A model generated the notes under the pieces. It did no database searches, was not told the origin of the DNA, and worked only from the letters and a program-made list of their open reading frames with translations. Positions 12,945 to 25,517 of a stretch of DNA of 64,000 nucleotides are shown in pieces. A program made the translations under genes and the position numbers. The number at the start of each line of letters is the position of its first letter. The stretch's first letter is position 1. This DNA is from Octopus sinensis (Eukaryota): positions 48,608,001 to 48,672,000 of the forward strand of contig NC_042997.1 of NCBI RefSeq assembly GCF_006345805.1, written 5' to 3'.

Positions 12945-15108
12945 ATAGGGGTATACTGGGCAGTGAAAAGTGAACAAGAACTAAATATTATCATAGTGTA
13001 CCTCATGCAATTTACCTTTTTATCTACTGTTTGATGATTAGAGATCTTCAGGTATGTGGTGATATGGTATAACTGGGATATAGAACTTCTAAGAGTTTGC
13101 ACATCGTTCGGCAGACTACTTATGACTGTGAGACTACAAATCAATGTTCATCCAGGGCTACCAACAGTAAACTACTCCGATAACATGGTAGCCGCTATGT
13201 GGCTGCTGGATATACTAGAAATAGAAGTCGAAAATCCCTCAAATTACAAACCTATTTTCAAAAATATTCTCTATTAGTCGCAGAGTCTCTCAGACAGATG
13301 GGAGGGTTAGGAGAATGTATTTGACATTCGTACAGATCCGCTGGTCACCTGATCCTAAACGGTGTTCTTATATTGATCCTGAAATGATGAAAAGAAAAGC
13401 TGACCTAGGTGGGATTTGAACTCAGAACGTAAAGAATCGAATTAAATATCCCAAGTCCGACACTCTGCCGTCTGTATCGTTGTATATAATGTATTCCTTG
13501 ATATATACACTAATAAAAGTAAACAGGAGTATTATCGTTGTTTGCATCCCGGACGTTAGAGCTTTTTGATCAGGGCTAAATATTTTCAATACCTTCAGAC
13601 ATTAATTTCTAAATATAGTGACGTCGGCATTTCGTTTCTTAATAATCTGAAGTCACCTGTTATTATCCTTTCTTCTATAGACATGCGGCCTGAAATTTTG
13701 GGGGAAGGGGTAAGTCGATTACATCGATCTCAGTACTCAGCTGGTACTTATTTTTTCAACCCCAAAAAAGATAAAAGGCAAAGTCGACCTTGTGGGTGTC
13801 TGAACTGGGTACGTGAAGATGGAAGAAACGCCGCCAAGAATTTTGCCTGGCGTGAGGACATCTGCCAGTTCGCCTCCTTCAAATCACCTGTTATTACGAG
13901 AATTGCTATTGTATTCAATAACTATATCATTCTTAATATCTCTATTTCCAGTCTTTAAATAGTGCGTTTTCCCTCCTTTTTTCGTCAATATGTTTCCGAA
14001 GTTGAGAGCTGATGTGTCAATTAGATCCCACTGTACACTGAACAGTATTAACAATACTAGCAGGGATTGTTTCGCTTTATTATTCTGTCTGCACTGTAAA
14101 TCGACAAGTTACTCTATGTAATCTGTTTCTCAATCTTTAATACATTTTGTAGCATCATTTGCGGTGTATAAAACAGATACTCTTGTCACAACTCTTTATA
14201 TATTCAGTTTATGGTAAGACTGGACATCTAGACACATTATGATTGATTGGCTCTTCGCAACATCCAGTTAATTTTGCACTCTGCTTTATTAGCCGTTTCT
14301 AAAACAAAGCTTTAGTCTTGTGGCATGATAAAAGATAAATGACTTTCACGTTTAGTTTTATTCCTGAATTTCTCAACAAACAATATGTTTTCTTTTTAAT
14401 TTGTTTTCGCCTAGCTCACTCTTTTTCTTCCCAATATAATTGACAATGTTTAATAAGCTTATGATTTTAATTGGTTTTTGGTTCACCCCTTTCCTTACAT
14501 CTATTTAAAATGTAAAATTCCTGTTTTATATTAATAAATTCGTTTATGCAAAATTTATTCGTATTTCTTAATTCTTTAGTAGACATTTACTGTAAACCCA
14601 ATTTTATAATACTTTTCAATTTAAGCTGTCAGTATTTGTCATATGGATAACACTTTCCTGTTGTCTCTTCTGAAATATTCTAAATGCAATCTGGATTTGT
14701 TTTCTTGTTTTCTTAACTAGTCTTGCTAATTCTCATTTCTCGTTAAGAATATTACAACTATAACTATAACCTCTAGAATATCGAGATTATTAAGTCTAAT
14801 TAGCTATATCTCCATTTTAGTGTTAATACAATATCTCTTTCGTTAGTGCGTGATGTTTTCTGTCTAGTTCATTTATTGCTAATTAAGTCTAAGCATACCT
14901 GCAGCCTAATTTTCATTTCTCTATTTCATTTTATAACATTCTATTGCCAGTTTCCATTACATGTCTTCTCTTCAAATTTTCCCGGTGATATTTTAACAAA
15001 ATCTAATATCACACAAACATTCTTACTTAACATATTCAATGCATTTAATCATTCTGCTGTTGGCTGTGCTTTTCACCATACAGTTTGAGTTTATCCACAC
15101 ACACACAC

Positions 15109-15182
<74 letters not shown>

Positions 15183-15227
15183 ATGTATATGGAATGTTTG
15201 AAGTAATGTACAGAATTTATATATTAA

Positions 15228-16250
15228 GAAGAAGGCAGTCAGAATTTCGGATAATCCTTCATTAGTACTTTCTTCCGGTCTGTTCAATCGAGCTCTTCAG
15301 ATATGATGCACAGAAAATTTTTTCAATCTTTTATACAAATCGAAAAGAGGATGTTGCTTTGTTTTGTTTTGTTTTGTTTTAAAAAAAGAGAAAGAGAAAA
15401 TAGGAATGGAGGGAGGAGGAGGAGAGACAGAGGAAGATAAAGAAGGAAGAGAAAGGACAGGAGAAGAAAGCATATTTCTTGGGATGGTCTTTGCCTAACA
15501 CGTAGTTGATGCTAAATGGCATTTCAAGATGTGGATTTTGTTTTTGTTTTTTTTTTTTTGAGAAAGGGAGAAATGGAGAAAGAGAGAAAGGCAGGAAGAA
15601 GTACAAGAAAGAAAAATGAAAGGGAAAGCTAGAGAGAAAGAAAGAAGCTTCTTTTCAATTATATTGTATCGATGTGGTCAACCCGTTGAAATTTAATTAC
15701 AATTCAAGATGTCATATTTGATTTAGTCATTGTTTTCGAAAGCATCCATTTCTCTTCTCTCCTCTTCTCTTATTATGTAGATATTAACATGTTTGTAAAT
15801 ATACAAATTTACAGTTTGAGGATTGGGAAAGAGATATATGTTGCTTTGCTTTGTTTAGAAAAGGAGAAAGAGAAAAGAGGAAGATGAGTAGAGAGAGTAG
15901 ACGAAAGCGTTTATTTTGGGGTTCACTTTGACTAACACATCATTGATGCCAAATGACCTTTCAAGGTGTCAATTTTAGGAAACAGGACAAGAAAGAAAGA
16001 GAAAAAGGAAAAAGAAAAGATGAATGAAAGGGAAAGAGAGACAGAGAGACAGAGAGACAGAGTGTAAGAGGCTTCTTTTCAATTATATTGTACTTATGTG
16101 TTGAAATACTTGTTGAAATTTAATTGCAATTCAAGATGCCATTGTTTTTGGAAGCATCTCTTTCTCTCTCCCTCCTTTTCTCTAATTATATACGTATTAG
16201 CATGTTTGTAAATAAACACATAACATTTTGAGGATTGAAAATGCGATTCT
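15228..16250. repeat. Diverged tandem duplication (about 480-600-bp units) with purine-rich tracts
   Basis: gcttcttttcaattatattgta...gttgaaatttaatt.caattcaagatg and ...catgtttgtaaata...tttgaggattg recur at about 15650-15825 and 16070-16240. Confidence 0.8.
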
Positions 16251-17227
16251 TAAGTAAGTACAGTTACAATTACAAAGTATGAATTAAATGTAAAATGTGC
16301 AAAATCCAATGAAACCATACAGTCGTACCAATGTTGATTTATTTCAAAATGATATCTTTCGAGAGGGCCAAACTGGAGCATACAAGTACTTGCATTATTC
16401 TCCCCAGTCGTATGTAGTGTTCATAATTTGTTCCACTTGAAAAAGTGCTCATGTATATTGTCGTTGTTCTTCTTTCAAACGTTTTGCTTTGGTGAGAATT
16501 TTGTTGCTAAAATGCAGTTCCGTTGCCTTTCGGAAGTCTGCGTCATCTCTTTAATATTTGTAGAAGGGGAAGATTTTGAATTACTCGGATCTATTCCATC
16601 TCAATCACAGTTTTTTTTAATTTTATTTTTTTAACTAAACAGTTTGAAACTTCGAATACTGGTAGAATTTCTCGCGTAGAACACAGTTTACTCTTAACGT
16701 TTTTGACGACGTTTCGTATTTTAGAAGTTATTTCGTGTTAAAGTTGCTGTATTTGAGTAATTTCAACCAATCAAAGACGTATATTCGGTTCATGAAAGCT
16801 ACTGCTGTTTGCGATAGTAATCGAAGAGGAACAACTTCCGGGTCATCTCTACTAGATGTCACCACTCTGTTCTATTCGTACGGCGAGCGAAGACGATGTC
16901 ACCTTTATCCTTTCTTCCTTTCTAGTCAGCACCGTGCATTCTCTACTCTTTCCCTCCCTTCTACACAATCAACTAGCGAACTTGTCACTGCCACTATACA
17001 ATTACCGTATTTCCCGGTGTATAAGCCGCTATTTGTTTTGTTTTACCTTCATGTTTTGATAATATTTTTTTTATCTAATAAAGACTTTTATATTGACGAA
17101 ATGTGTTTGTTGTTGATTATAGCAAGATAAAATCATGAAAATAACAATACATCTCATAGTTGCAAAATAAGACATTTTGAAACTACATATATGTCTACGA
17201 CAAAAAGCTAGCTGCAGACTCGTTGCT

Positions 17228-17445
17228 CTATGGTGTTGATTCTTCCAACAGAGTTGTGACATTTTGCCCTTGTGATGTGGTTTTTAAGATTTTTTTGGTC
17301 CGGCGTCTGCTATTTTGCAACAGGTTTTCATCAACCAGATTCCTCATTTTGGGGTATCGTAGAAGTATTGGTAGATTTGATTTGATAGTGAGAAAGATGT
17401 TGCTTACACCAGGTTCGTGCCTATTGATAAATGGAGTAGTATGTT
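17228..17445 (-). mobile_element. Penelope-like element fragment (RT to GIY-YIG linker)
   Basis: PFINRHEPGVSNIFLTIKSNLPILLRYPKMRNLVDENLLQNSRRRTKKILK resembles the PLE P.VTTY.P...I...I..N..IL......RR.KNL..L region. Confidence 0.55.
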
Positions 17446-17449
17446 CTCC

Positions 17450-17722
17450 AAAATACAAAATTCACATCTTAGCATGTCATTTATCATCAACCACGTCTTA
17501 GTCAAAGACCGTCCCAACATACATGCTTTGTTCCATTTTCCTCTCTTTCTTGTCCCTCTCTCTCTCTCTTCTCTTCCCTTCCTCCTTCTTTTCTCTTTCC
17601 TTTTCTAAACAAAATAAAACTGCATCTTCTTTTCGATTTGCATAAAAGGCTGCGGACATTTTCGATTGAACGAACGAAAGCACTAATAAAGAATTATCCA
17701 AATTTCGACTGACCCCTTTTCT
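17450..17722 (-). repeat. Inverted third copy of the 15228-15545 unit
   Basis: Reverse complement gtcagtcgaaatttggataattctttattagtgctttc...caaatcgaaaagaagatg...gggacggtctttgactaagacgtggttgatg aligns with 15231-15545. Confidence 0.75.
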
Positions 17723-17723
17723 T

Positions 17724-17885
<162 letters not shown>

Positions 17886-18773
17886 ATATATTAATTAATA
17901 TATCGATAGATAGATAGATGAATATATGACTTCATTAACCTTTTATTAACCTTTTATTAACCTTTTTCGTATAATCGTGTCCTTGTTTAAGAATTTTCTA
18001 ACGATGAAATGCTCCGTCACTGCCTCTCTATCGCTGAGGAAGTGATTATAACTTGATGGGAAAATAATTTCGCAAACATTATGCGAAGAGCACAGGTTGT
18101 TCGGTTTTCTTGCTAATGCATCCACCTCAGTATACATCGGCAAAAAATTCACTCACATCCACACGCGCGCGTGCGCACACCCACCTAACGGTTTACACGA
18201 AACACTCATTGGGTTATACACTTATCCCAGTGTATGCTCTTCAAAACAATATCAGATATTGAGCTAAGTGTTTATGTCTATTTATACATACTGTGTTGGC
18301 TCGAAATGTATAAACATGTTTTGCAGAGTAGTATAGCACATAAACAAATCAATGTCCACGCATCAATAAGCTATAAATTGTAAAAGCTACGAAGAATGCG
18401 TTATATGTGCACATTAGTCTATCCCAATTACTGAAGTTCTTGGATTTACAAACTGTGACTCAGAAGACATTTAGAAGTTATTCAGTTGTTCGTGGAAAAC
18501 TAGCGTAAAATTAAAACAAATCCAGATGATCACATTTTTCAGGCCAGTAGACATTGTGTTCAAGACAAGATCTTTGCATGTTTATACAAGTACGCTTCAT
18601 AAGAAATGCTTAGTGGTATATCTTAGGTCAGTGTACCTATATAAATGACATTGTTTTCTATGTATTTTTCCTATTGTCTAATTCAGTGTATAATTTTTTG
18701 GCAGAACATTACATATTTAATGCACACACACACACATACACATATACATATACATACATACATACATACATAC

Positions 18774-18830
<57 letters not shown>

Positions 18831-19096
18831 ATATGATGTATATACTCTTCTCTATCTCCTGCATCTCCTCTATACCCGGTATGCACACTTATCTCTATTT
18901 AATTTTCTGACAGTATAAATTCCATTCACCCAATATATATTCTGTTATCAGTCCAGTACGTATCCCGTTCCATATTGTGTATTTATCCTATTCTCTGCTC
19001 CGTTTATATCTATTCTCTGCTAACTACACATTATATTTGATAAATAATGAATATTTTATTTTTATAGAATATTGTATTCCACAAAACTTCCTTTAC

Positions 19097-19228
19097 CGGC
19101 ACGAAGCAATCAAACAGGTTTCTCTTAGCGAAAATGCCGAAGTTCCATCTGCAAATATTCTTAACTTGATGAATTTCACTTGAATGTGTTCCCAATAATA
19201 TGTGCCAAAATTGGTCAATTTAGAACTG
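19097..19228 (-). CDS. Candidate internal exon, SSKLTNFGTYYWEHIQVKFIKLRIFADGTSAFSLRETCLIASC(R), 132 nt, phase 2-2
   Basis: Strong acceptor ttttattgcttttgctctcag|CAG (NAGNAG), donor CCG|gtaaag, 43 open codons in AT-rich surroundings. Confidence 0.5.
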
Positions 19229-19432
19229 CTGAGAGCAAAAGCAATAAAATATATTAGTATTTTTTTTATGAGTAAGTATGAATAATGCTTTTAGCTAAAG
19301 TATGTCTCTTTCAATAACTCATAACTGCCTTCTTTACACTTTTTCATAAATATCAGTATGTATACTATGGAATTACATTTATATATAAATATACAAAAAG
19401 CATAGATAGATAGATAGTTAGATAGATTGATT

Positions 19433-19472
<40 letters not shown>

Positions 19473-19607
19473 TAGATAGATAGATACTTTTACATTTGTC
19501 TATATATATATAGGGACACGACGGCCTGCAACATCAATATATATATATATATATATATAATATAAATATATATGTATAATACACACACATATATATATAC
19601 ATATATT

Positions 19608-19648
<41 letters not shown>

Positions 19649-20589
19649 CATACATACATACATACATACATACATACATACATACATACATACATACATA
19701 CATACATACGTACACATAAAGATAGATATGTATGTGTGTGCTCGCGCACGTATACCTGTTTTTGGAAAAACACGAGTATAGATTTTGTGGGTCATTTTAT
19801 AAATCATTTGTCTATTTTCCTTTATAAAGCCTTTCTACACATCAATATTCTGTATATTCTTTGATATTTTAAGAACTATGTGGTCTTATCTACTCTATTT
19901 AAAATGGTTCGTGGTGGTCACCGTTCTTTTTCTTAATATAAGAGAGAATCATCGGAATATAATTTTGACTTCATCAAATTCACTGTTTCCTTAGTTGATA
20001 TATTTCTGACAGTTTATGTTACGTTTTTGTCAGATGACAGGAACTCGTGTGGTCCTGTTGTCAGGTCCGAGTCTATGGCTAAAAGGCACTATCTGCTCAA
20101 TGAACTATATATTTTTCATTTATTAATTTGTGTTGACTTTTATATAAATTTAGCTTCGTGGCTAGCCTTCATATAATTTGCAGTTCTGTCTAGGATGGTT
20201 GCATTATCTTGTTGCATTTGAGTACATAGGTTTGTTATCTGTTGCGTTGTAGTAATATAATCAATCATCTAGAATGTCTACTATTTCTTGTTCAATATAG
20301 AATCCTGTCTTCTATTCAGATACAGGACAACGTTACCTAATGTTTGTTTTCTTTTAAATCAGTCGTATGGGATTAAAGTGAGCCTCAGCTGCTCTTTCTC
20401 TCAGGTTGTTAAATAGAGATTGCGCCATTTCTATCCGGCAGTAGCTATTTGTATTTTGAACTAGGTTTTCAGACCAAAGTGTTTAAAGCCCCAAACCAGC
20501 ACGGTAATCAAGAACAACATAAGCAATAACAAAATTAATACAAGCAACAACATTAATAATAATAATAATTCTCATGACTTCTGAACTTA

Positions 20590-21085
20590 ACTTATTGGAA
20601 ATGCAATCATGTACATTATTTTGTCTTTGTATAAAAGATGGACTACAGCAAATATTCTGCTCAATACCACAGATTTGCTTGTCAGTTGTTTGACTTTAAC
20701 CAGTTGACCATGTCCCTCAGTGGCTGACGATATGTGCATCTCTGAGCAGGGGTAGTGGGGAAGCATCATAGCCGTGTGTTGAAAGGGATTCTTAGAGTTT
20801 TGGATAATTCACATTTGGAAACATAGGTGGTTCGTTCAACATCCTTAAACAATCCTTATTCGGGGACCTTTTGTGTGGGATGTGCTACTCGACCAGGAGA
20901 ATATTCTAACTGTGTCCAACCTTCAAGGTCATGTGCTGTTTATCTTGATATGAGATCTCCATATCGCCTTCATATGATTGTGATGCATATGCCTGGTGTA
21001 CCCTTATCAGACGGGTAGTCATGATGGGTATACTGGGCTTCGTATATTTTACCCCAGTGTCACTTAGGTGGCATGCAGTACTGTC
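20590..21085. repeat. About 490-bp interspersed repeat, inverted relative to 2897-3385
   Basis: Reverse-complement similarity to 2897-3385. Confidence 0.75.
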
Positions 21086-21097
21086 TCAATAATAATG

Positions 21098-21164
<67 letters not shown>

Positions 21165-21166
<2 letters not shown>

Positions 21167-21370
21167 CCCAGTGACTTAAAATCTCGAGAAGTACATGAAA
21201 GAAATAGGGGTTGCAATAAGGGTGGAGCACTTGCAGAAAACAGCACTGCTTCGAACCGCTCGAATACCCCAGAAGGTGCTCGAAAAATAAGGGGTGTTAC
21301 CTTAGTTCAGTAGTAGTGAGAAACAGCTGACACCGTAGTACATCTCCAACGTTAGAAGCTGTGAAAAGGC

Positions 21371-21401
<31 letters not shown>

Positions 21402-21443
21402 TAATAATAATAATATATAATAATAATAATAATAATAATAATG

Positions 21444-21517
<74 letters not shown>

Positions 21518-21577
21518 TAATAATAATAATGATAATAATAATAATAATAATATAATATAATAATAATAATAATAATA
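21165..21577 (+). mobile_element. R4/Dong 3' end with (AAT)n tail, itself preceded by (AAT)n
   Basis: ...EHLQKTALLRTARI.RRC..; 3' UTR aaaataaggggtgttaccttagttca...gaagctgtgaaaaggc(AAT)n, shared with 45640-46253. Confidence 0.8.
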
Positions 21578-21990
21578 CGCGAATAGAAATGACGACATGA
21601 CAATGTGACAAGAATGATCTACTGAGATCTCTGACGAATTCCAGAAGGTACCAAATGCCAGGTGGTGTTACTGAGAATGAAGTTTGCAAAATACTGTGGG
21701 ATGCAATGATTCAGTGTAAACATCAGATGAGACATCGGAAACCTGACACTGTTGTGGTGAACGAAGGAGAAAAATAAAACTTAATATGATTATCGACATA
21801 ACATGTCCCTGTGACAACGGGATCGAAGAGAAAGAAAACAAAGTCAAAACTTTTGATGAATTGAAGTGGGAAATACGCAGGTTGTAGGCAATGAAAAGAG
21901 TGGACGTGATACTAAAATTAGCATTGATTAGAACTGTAAGAGTTCTCCGCGGGGTTCTTGGAGCATAATCAGCAAAGTAGTATCACCTTA
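21578..21990 (+). mobile_element. R4/Dong RLE endonuclease fragment
   Basis: VTENEVCKILWDAMIQCKHQMRHRKPDTVVVN...IIDITCPCDNGIEEKE, the RPD/IID-type restriction-like endonuclease motif. Confidence 0.75.
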
Positions 21991-23544
21991 GTTTTCTAGT
22001 TGTGGGTAGACGGCATATTTCATCATACGCAGCAAAATATGCTGAGATATTTCATTAAAAATTGATAACGACGATGACGACGACGGTGATGATGATGGTG
22101 ATGAGGACGATGATGACATCTTGTAGGGATTCACCTTAAAGACTGACCATATTACTGAGGCAAGAACCTCAGACAGGATAATAAAGGACACAATAAACAA
22201 ACAATGCAAGATCATATATTAGGACAGCAGAGTCTATTTTAATTGGAGCAACTGGCATGATTCCAAAATGCTACCAAAAAGACCCGCCACCCTAAGGTAA
22301 ATGTACACAGTGAAACGTGGACGTGGGTTGATTGTTATACAGAAGAATCATGGCAGAATATTAGGTGAACAGCAAACAAGAACTGTTAGAGTAACCTCCC
22401 CCGAAAAAGGGGGCGAAAAAGGAAGAAGGGGAGCAAGAATGGTTGCTCTCCGATGGATCCCGAGGTTGCGGGAGGAAGCGAGGTTCCTGCGATTATGGCG
22501 AAGGAGCCAACCCCTCCCGCACCAAAGATAAAACAGATAAAGCAGAGTAGTGCATTCCTACAGAGGCAAAACTGTAGTTCAAATTCTTGGGGAGAAAGCA
22601 TTATATTGTCAATAAAAAAGGGTAGAATTAATTAATTATTAATTAATTCGACCGAGCAGTGTTCTGTATGTAAAATGACCATTTACGGTATATTTGAAAT
22701 ATTACTTTATAAAAATAGGGTAAAGTAAAATAATTTACTTTATCATCGCTTGACAATCGATGTTGGTGTGTTTACGTTCCTGTAACTTAGCGGTTCGGCA
22801 AAAGAGATTGGTAGAATAAGTACTAGGCTTACAGAAAATAAGTCCTGGGGTCGTGTTGTTCGACTAAAGGCGGTGCTTCAACATGGCTGCAGTCAAATGA
22901 CTGAAATAAATAAAAGAATAAAAGAATATTAGTAATTCAATAGTAATATAATTATTCATAATAATAATAATAATAATACTGAAATAATTTGGGGGCTGAT
23001 AATATTTGTATTTTAATCCTAGACAAAGCTGCAGAACTTAGAACGTAATTAATGAAATATCTAGGAAATTGTTTGCCGATCTTTTTTTTATTTCAAATAT
23101 GTTGCTTTGTAGATTGACAGTAGCAAATTTTACATGTATGCATATTTAATCCACTAACGATTGTTGCCTTCTAAAGAAATATAATTAATATGTTAATAAT
23201 TGAAAGGGAAAAGGTAAGTGACAAACAGACAGATAAACAGACAGATGTTCAAACTTATCTATATGGATCCATATGAAGAAGCAGTATCATGATCTCCAAA
23301 CCTGCTAGAAACAGCAGTCAAATTTTCTTCATATCGTATGCTGCAATTATGAAGAGAAAGGAGAGGTTCGATAATGTAATGCTGAGTACACAATTTTCTG
23401 AATGAAAACATGACTGTTATAGCTGGTTTGAATTTGATCCAAAGTCTGGCCGATCGGAGCCGATTTACTGGAAACAACAATATCAGCACCATGTCTATTT
23501 ACGTCCGCGTATGCTGTGTGGCTTATATGTATTCGGGCATATAG

Positions 23545-23657
23545 TACTCTGTATAGTTTAAAAGTATACTCTGTATACTCTGTGTAGTTTAAAAGTATAC
23601 TCTGTATACTCTGTGTAGTTTAAATTATACTCTGTATACTCTGTGTAGTTTAAAAGT
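23545..23657. repeat. Minisatellite, about 31-bp unit (tactctgtatactctgtgtagtttaaaagta) x about 3.5
   Basis: Direct reading. Confidence 0.85.
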
Positions 23658-23804
23658 TCGCTTCGGAACCGCGTCGTTTTGAGTTTAGTCCCATTGCGCG
23701 GTATTATGCCCATCGATTGCCCCGGATGGGCAGTGGCTTATTTTCTAACTAGCTAAGTGGAACCCCTATGGAAGCCCGTCGTATACATGTATATACACAC
23801 ATGC

Positions 23805-24893
23805 AGGCATGCATTCACATCCGGATATTATACGATGGGTTGGTGCCTTCCTCTCAGATCGCTCCTTCCAAGTCCAAGTTAATGGTTCGCGGTCCGACGT
23901 CTCCAGTGCGAGCAGTGGCGTGCCTCAAGGTTCAGTGCTTGGGCCCTTGTTGTTCTTAGTCTTCATAAATGACTTGCCCGACGACCTCACGCAACACACC
24001 CTTCTATTTGCCGACGATATCAAACTGGTCGCTCTTTGCGGTAATATAGAGGATCTTCGTCGATGCCTCCACCAAATTTGGAAGTGGTCTAACGATTTGG
24101 GACCTGTGTCTGAACGTGTCAAAGTGCTGTCATCTGCCTGTCGGCTCTACTCCTGCAACTCAACTTGATTTCGAGCCGGGTCGTCTGCTGCTGGAGAGGA
24201 ACGATCAGGTAAAGGCTGGGTATCTTGGTGGATTCCTCCTTTTCGCCTTCGGCCCAGTGCGTCCATGCTGCCAACAAAGCACGCGGAATTCTGTTCTTGA
24301 TTCGACGGTCATTCGGAATGCTCACAGCAGCCATATTCCTACCATTCTATGTCACGCTGGTGAGACCCATATTGGAGTATGGGATTCAAGCCTCTTCTCC
24401 TTATCTCCTCAAAGACATACAGCATCTCGAAAGAGTCCAGAAGCTGGCTACCCGCATGGTTCATGGTCTCAAAAATGTGTCCTACGAAGAAAGGCTGAGG
24501 ACGCTCGACCTTTATTCTCTTGAAAAACGCCGCCGCCGTGGTGATCTCATTCTCGCCCACAACATCATAAGCGGAAAGTGTAACCTCTCGAAAGAGCTGT
24601 TCTTCACTCCTGCTCCAGAGCGTCGGTTGTGGGGTCATTCCGAAAAGCTCTATCTGCGACGATTTCATCTCAATCGAAGGAGAGGAGCTTTCTCCGTCCG
24701 GGTTGCGGATCCGTGAAACAAGCTGCCAGACGAGATGGTGAAGATGCCGACGACCGCTTTGTTCAAAGCCTCCCTGGACCTCAAGTGGCCTGAACTCTTT
24801 ACATGAACACCACCCTGTACTTAACTCCATGTCCCCCTACATGGCCTTGCTATTTGTTTTTGAGCCAAATTAACTAACTAACTAACTAACTAA
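23805..24893 (+). mobile_element. 5'-truncated CR1/L2-group LINE (RT C-half plus 3' UTR), low divergence, (AACT)n tail
   Basis: GVPQGSVLGPLLFLVFINDLP...LFADDIKL; LVRPILEYG...ERVQKLATRMVHGLKNVSYEERLRTLDLYSLEKRRRRGDLI; only a few frameshifts; tail ttaactaactaactaactaactaac. Confidence 0.92.
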
Positions 24894-24971
24894 CACACAC
24901 ACACATACGCACACAGATATCTATGTGTGTATGTATATATATATATATATATATAATATATATATATATTT

Positions 24972-25112
24972 ATTTACTAGCCACAAGGGGTTAAACACAG
25001 AGGGGACAAGCAAGGACAGACAAACGGATTAAGTCGATTACATAGACCCCAGTGCATAACTGGTACTTATTTAATTGACCCCGAAAGGATGAAAGGCAAA
25101 GTCGACCTTGGA
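24972..25112 (-). mobile_element. 3' half of a Meta-core SINE
   Basis: aaggacagacaaacggattaagtcgattaca.agaccccagtgc.taactggtacttatttaattgaccccgaaaggatgaaaggcaaagtcgacc; same family as 3405. Confidence 0.85.
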
Positions 25113-25121
25113 CGTATATAA

Positions 25122-25208
<87 letters not shown>

Positions 25209-25230
25209 TGTATGTTTGTGTGTGTGTGTG

Positions 25231-25407
25231 TGTAAATGTAATATGTGACAATTATTCGGTAGCCATGATAAAACTCCGAGTTTCGGAGGCCGAGGTGGAA
25301 ATCCACGCCCGATAACTGAAGAGATAGCGGCGTAGATTTCCACCTCGGCATCCGAAACTCGGAGTTTTATCATGGCTACCGAATAATTGTCACATATTAC
25401 ATTTACA
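25231..25407. repeat. 177-bp fold-back: 79-bp arms, 2 mismatches, 19-nt loop
   Basis: tgtaaatgtaatatgtgacaattattcggtagccatgataaaactccgag... / ...ctcggagttttatcatggctaccgaataattgtcacatattacatttaca. Confidence 0.95.
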
Positions 25408-25473
25408 GATAAATTCCCCTATTTACATAATAGCAAGGTCTCTTTCTTTCTTTTGTTGTCTTACCGTTTTTAT

Positions 25474-25517
<44 letters not shown>

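Noticed and set aside
18292-18370. 79-nt minus-strand exon-like segment LIDAWTLICLCAILLCKTCLYISSQH, resembling Cys-loop M3 (IDxW..C); with 19097-19228 it hinted at a Cys-loop or chemotactile receptor
   Set aside because: Phase 0 start does not follow the phase-2 end at 19097. The 720-bp gap has no open frame able to encode the Cys-loop, M1 and M2, and no WxPD or FPxD exon was found.
19097-19148. Alternative 52-nt reading RWNFGIFAKRNLFDCFVP, resembling anosmin RWNYGI
   Set aside because: Similarity limited to five residues; the stronger upstream acceptor favours the other frame; no WAP exon found.
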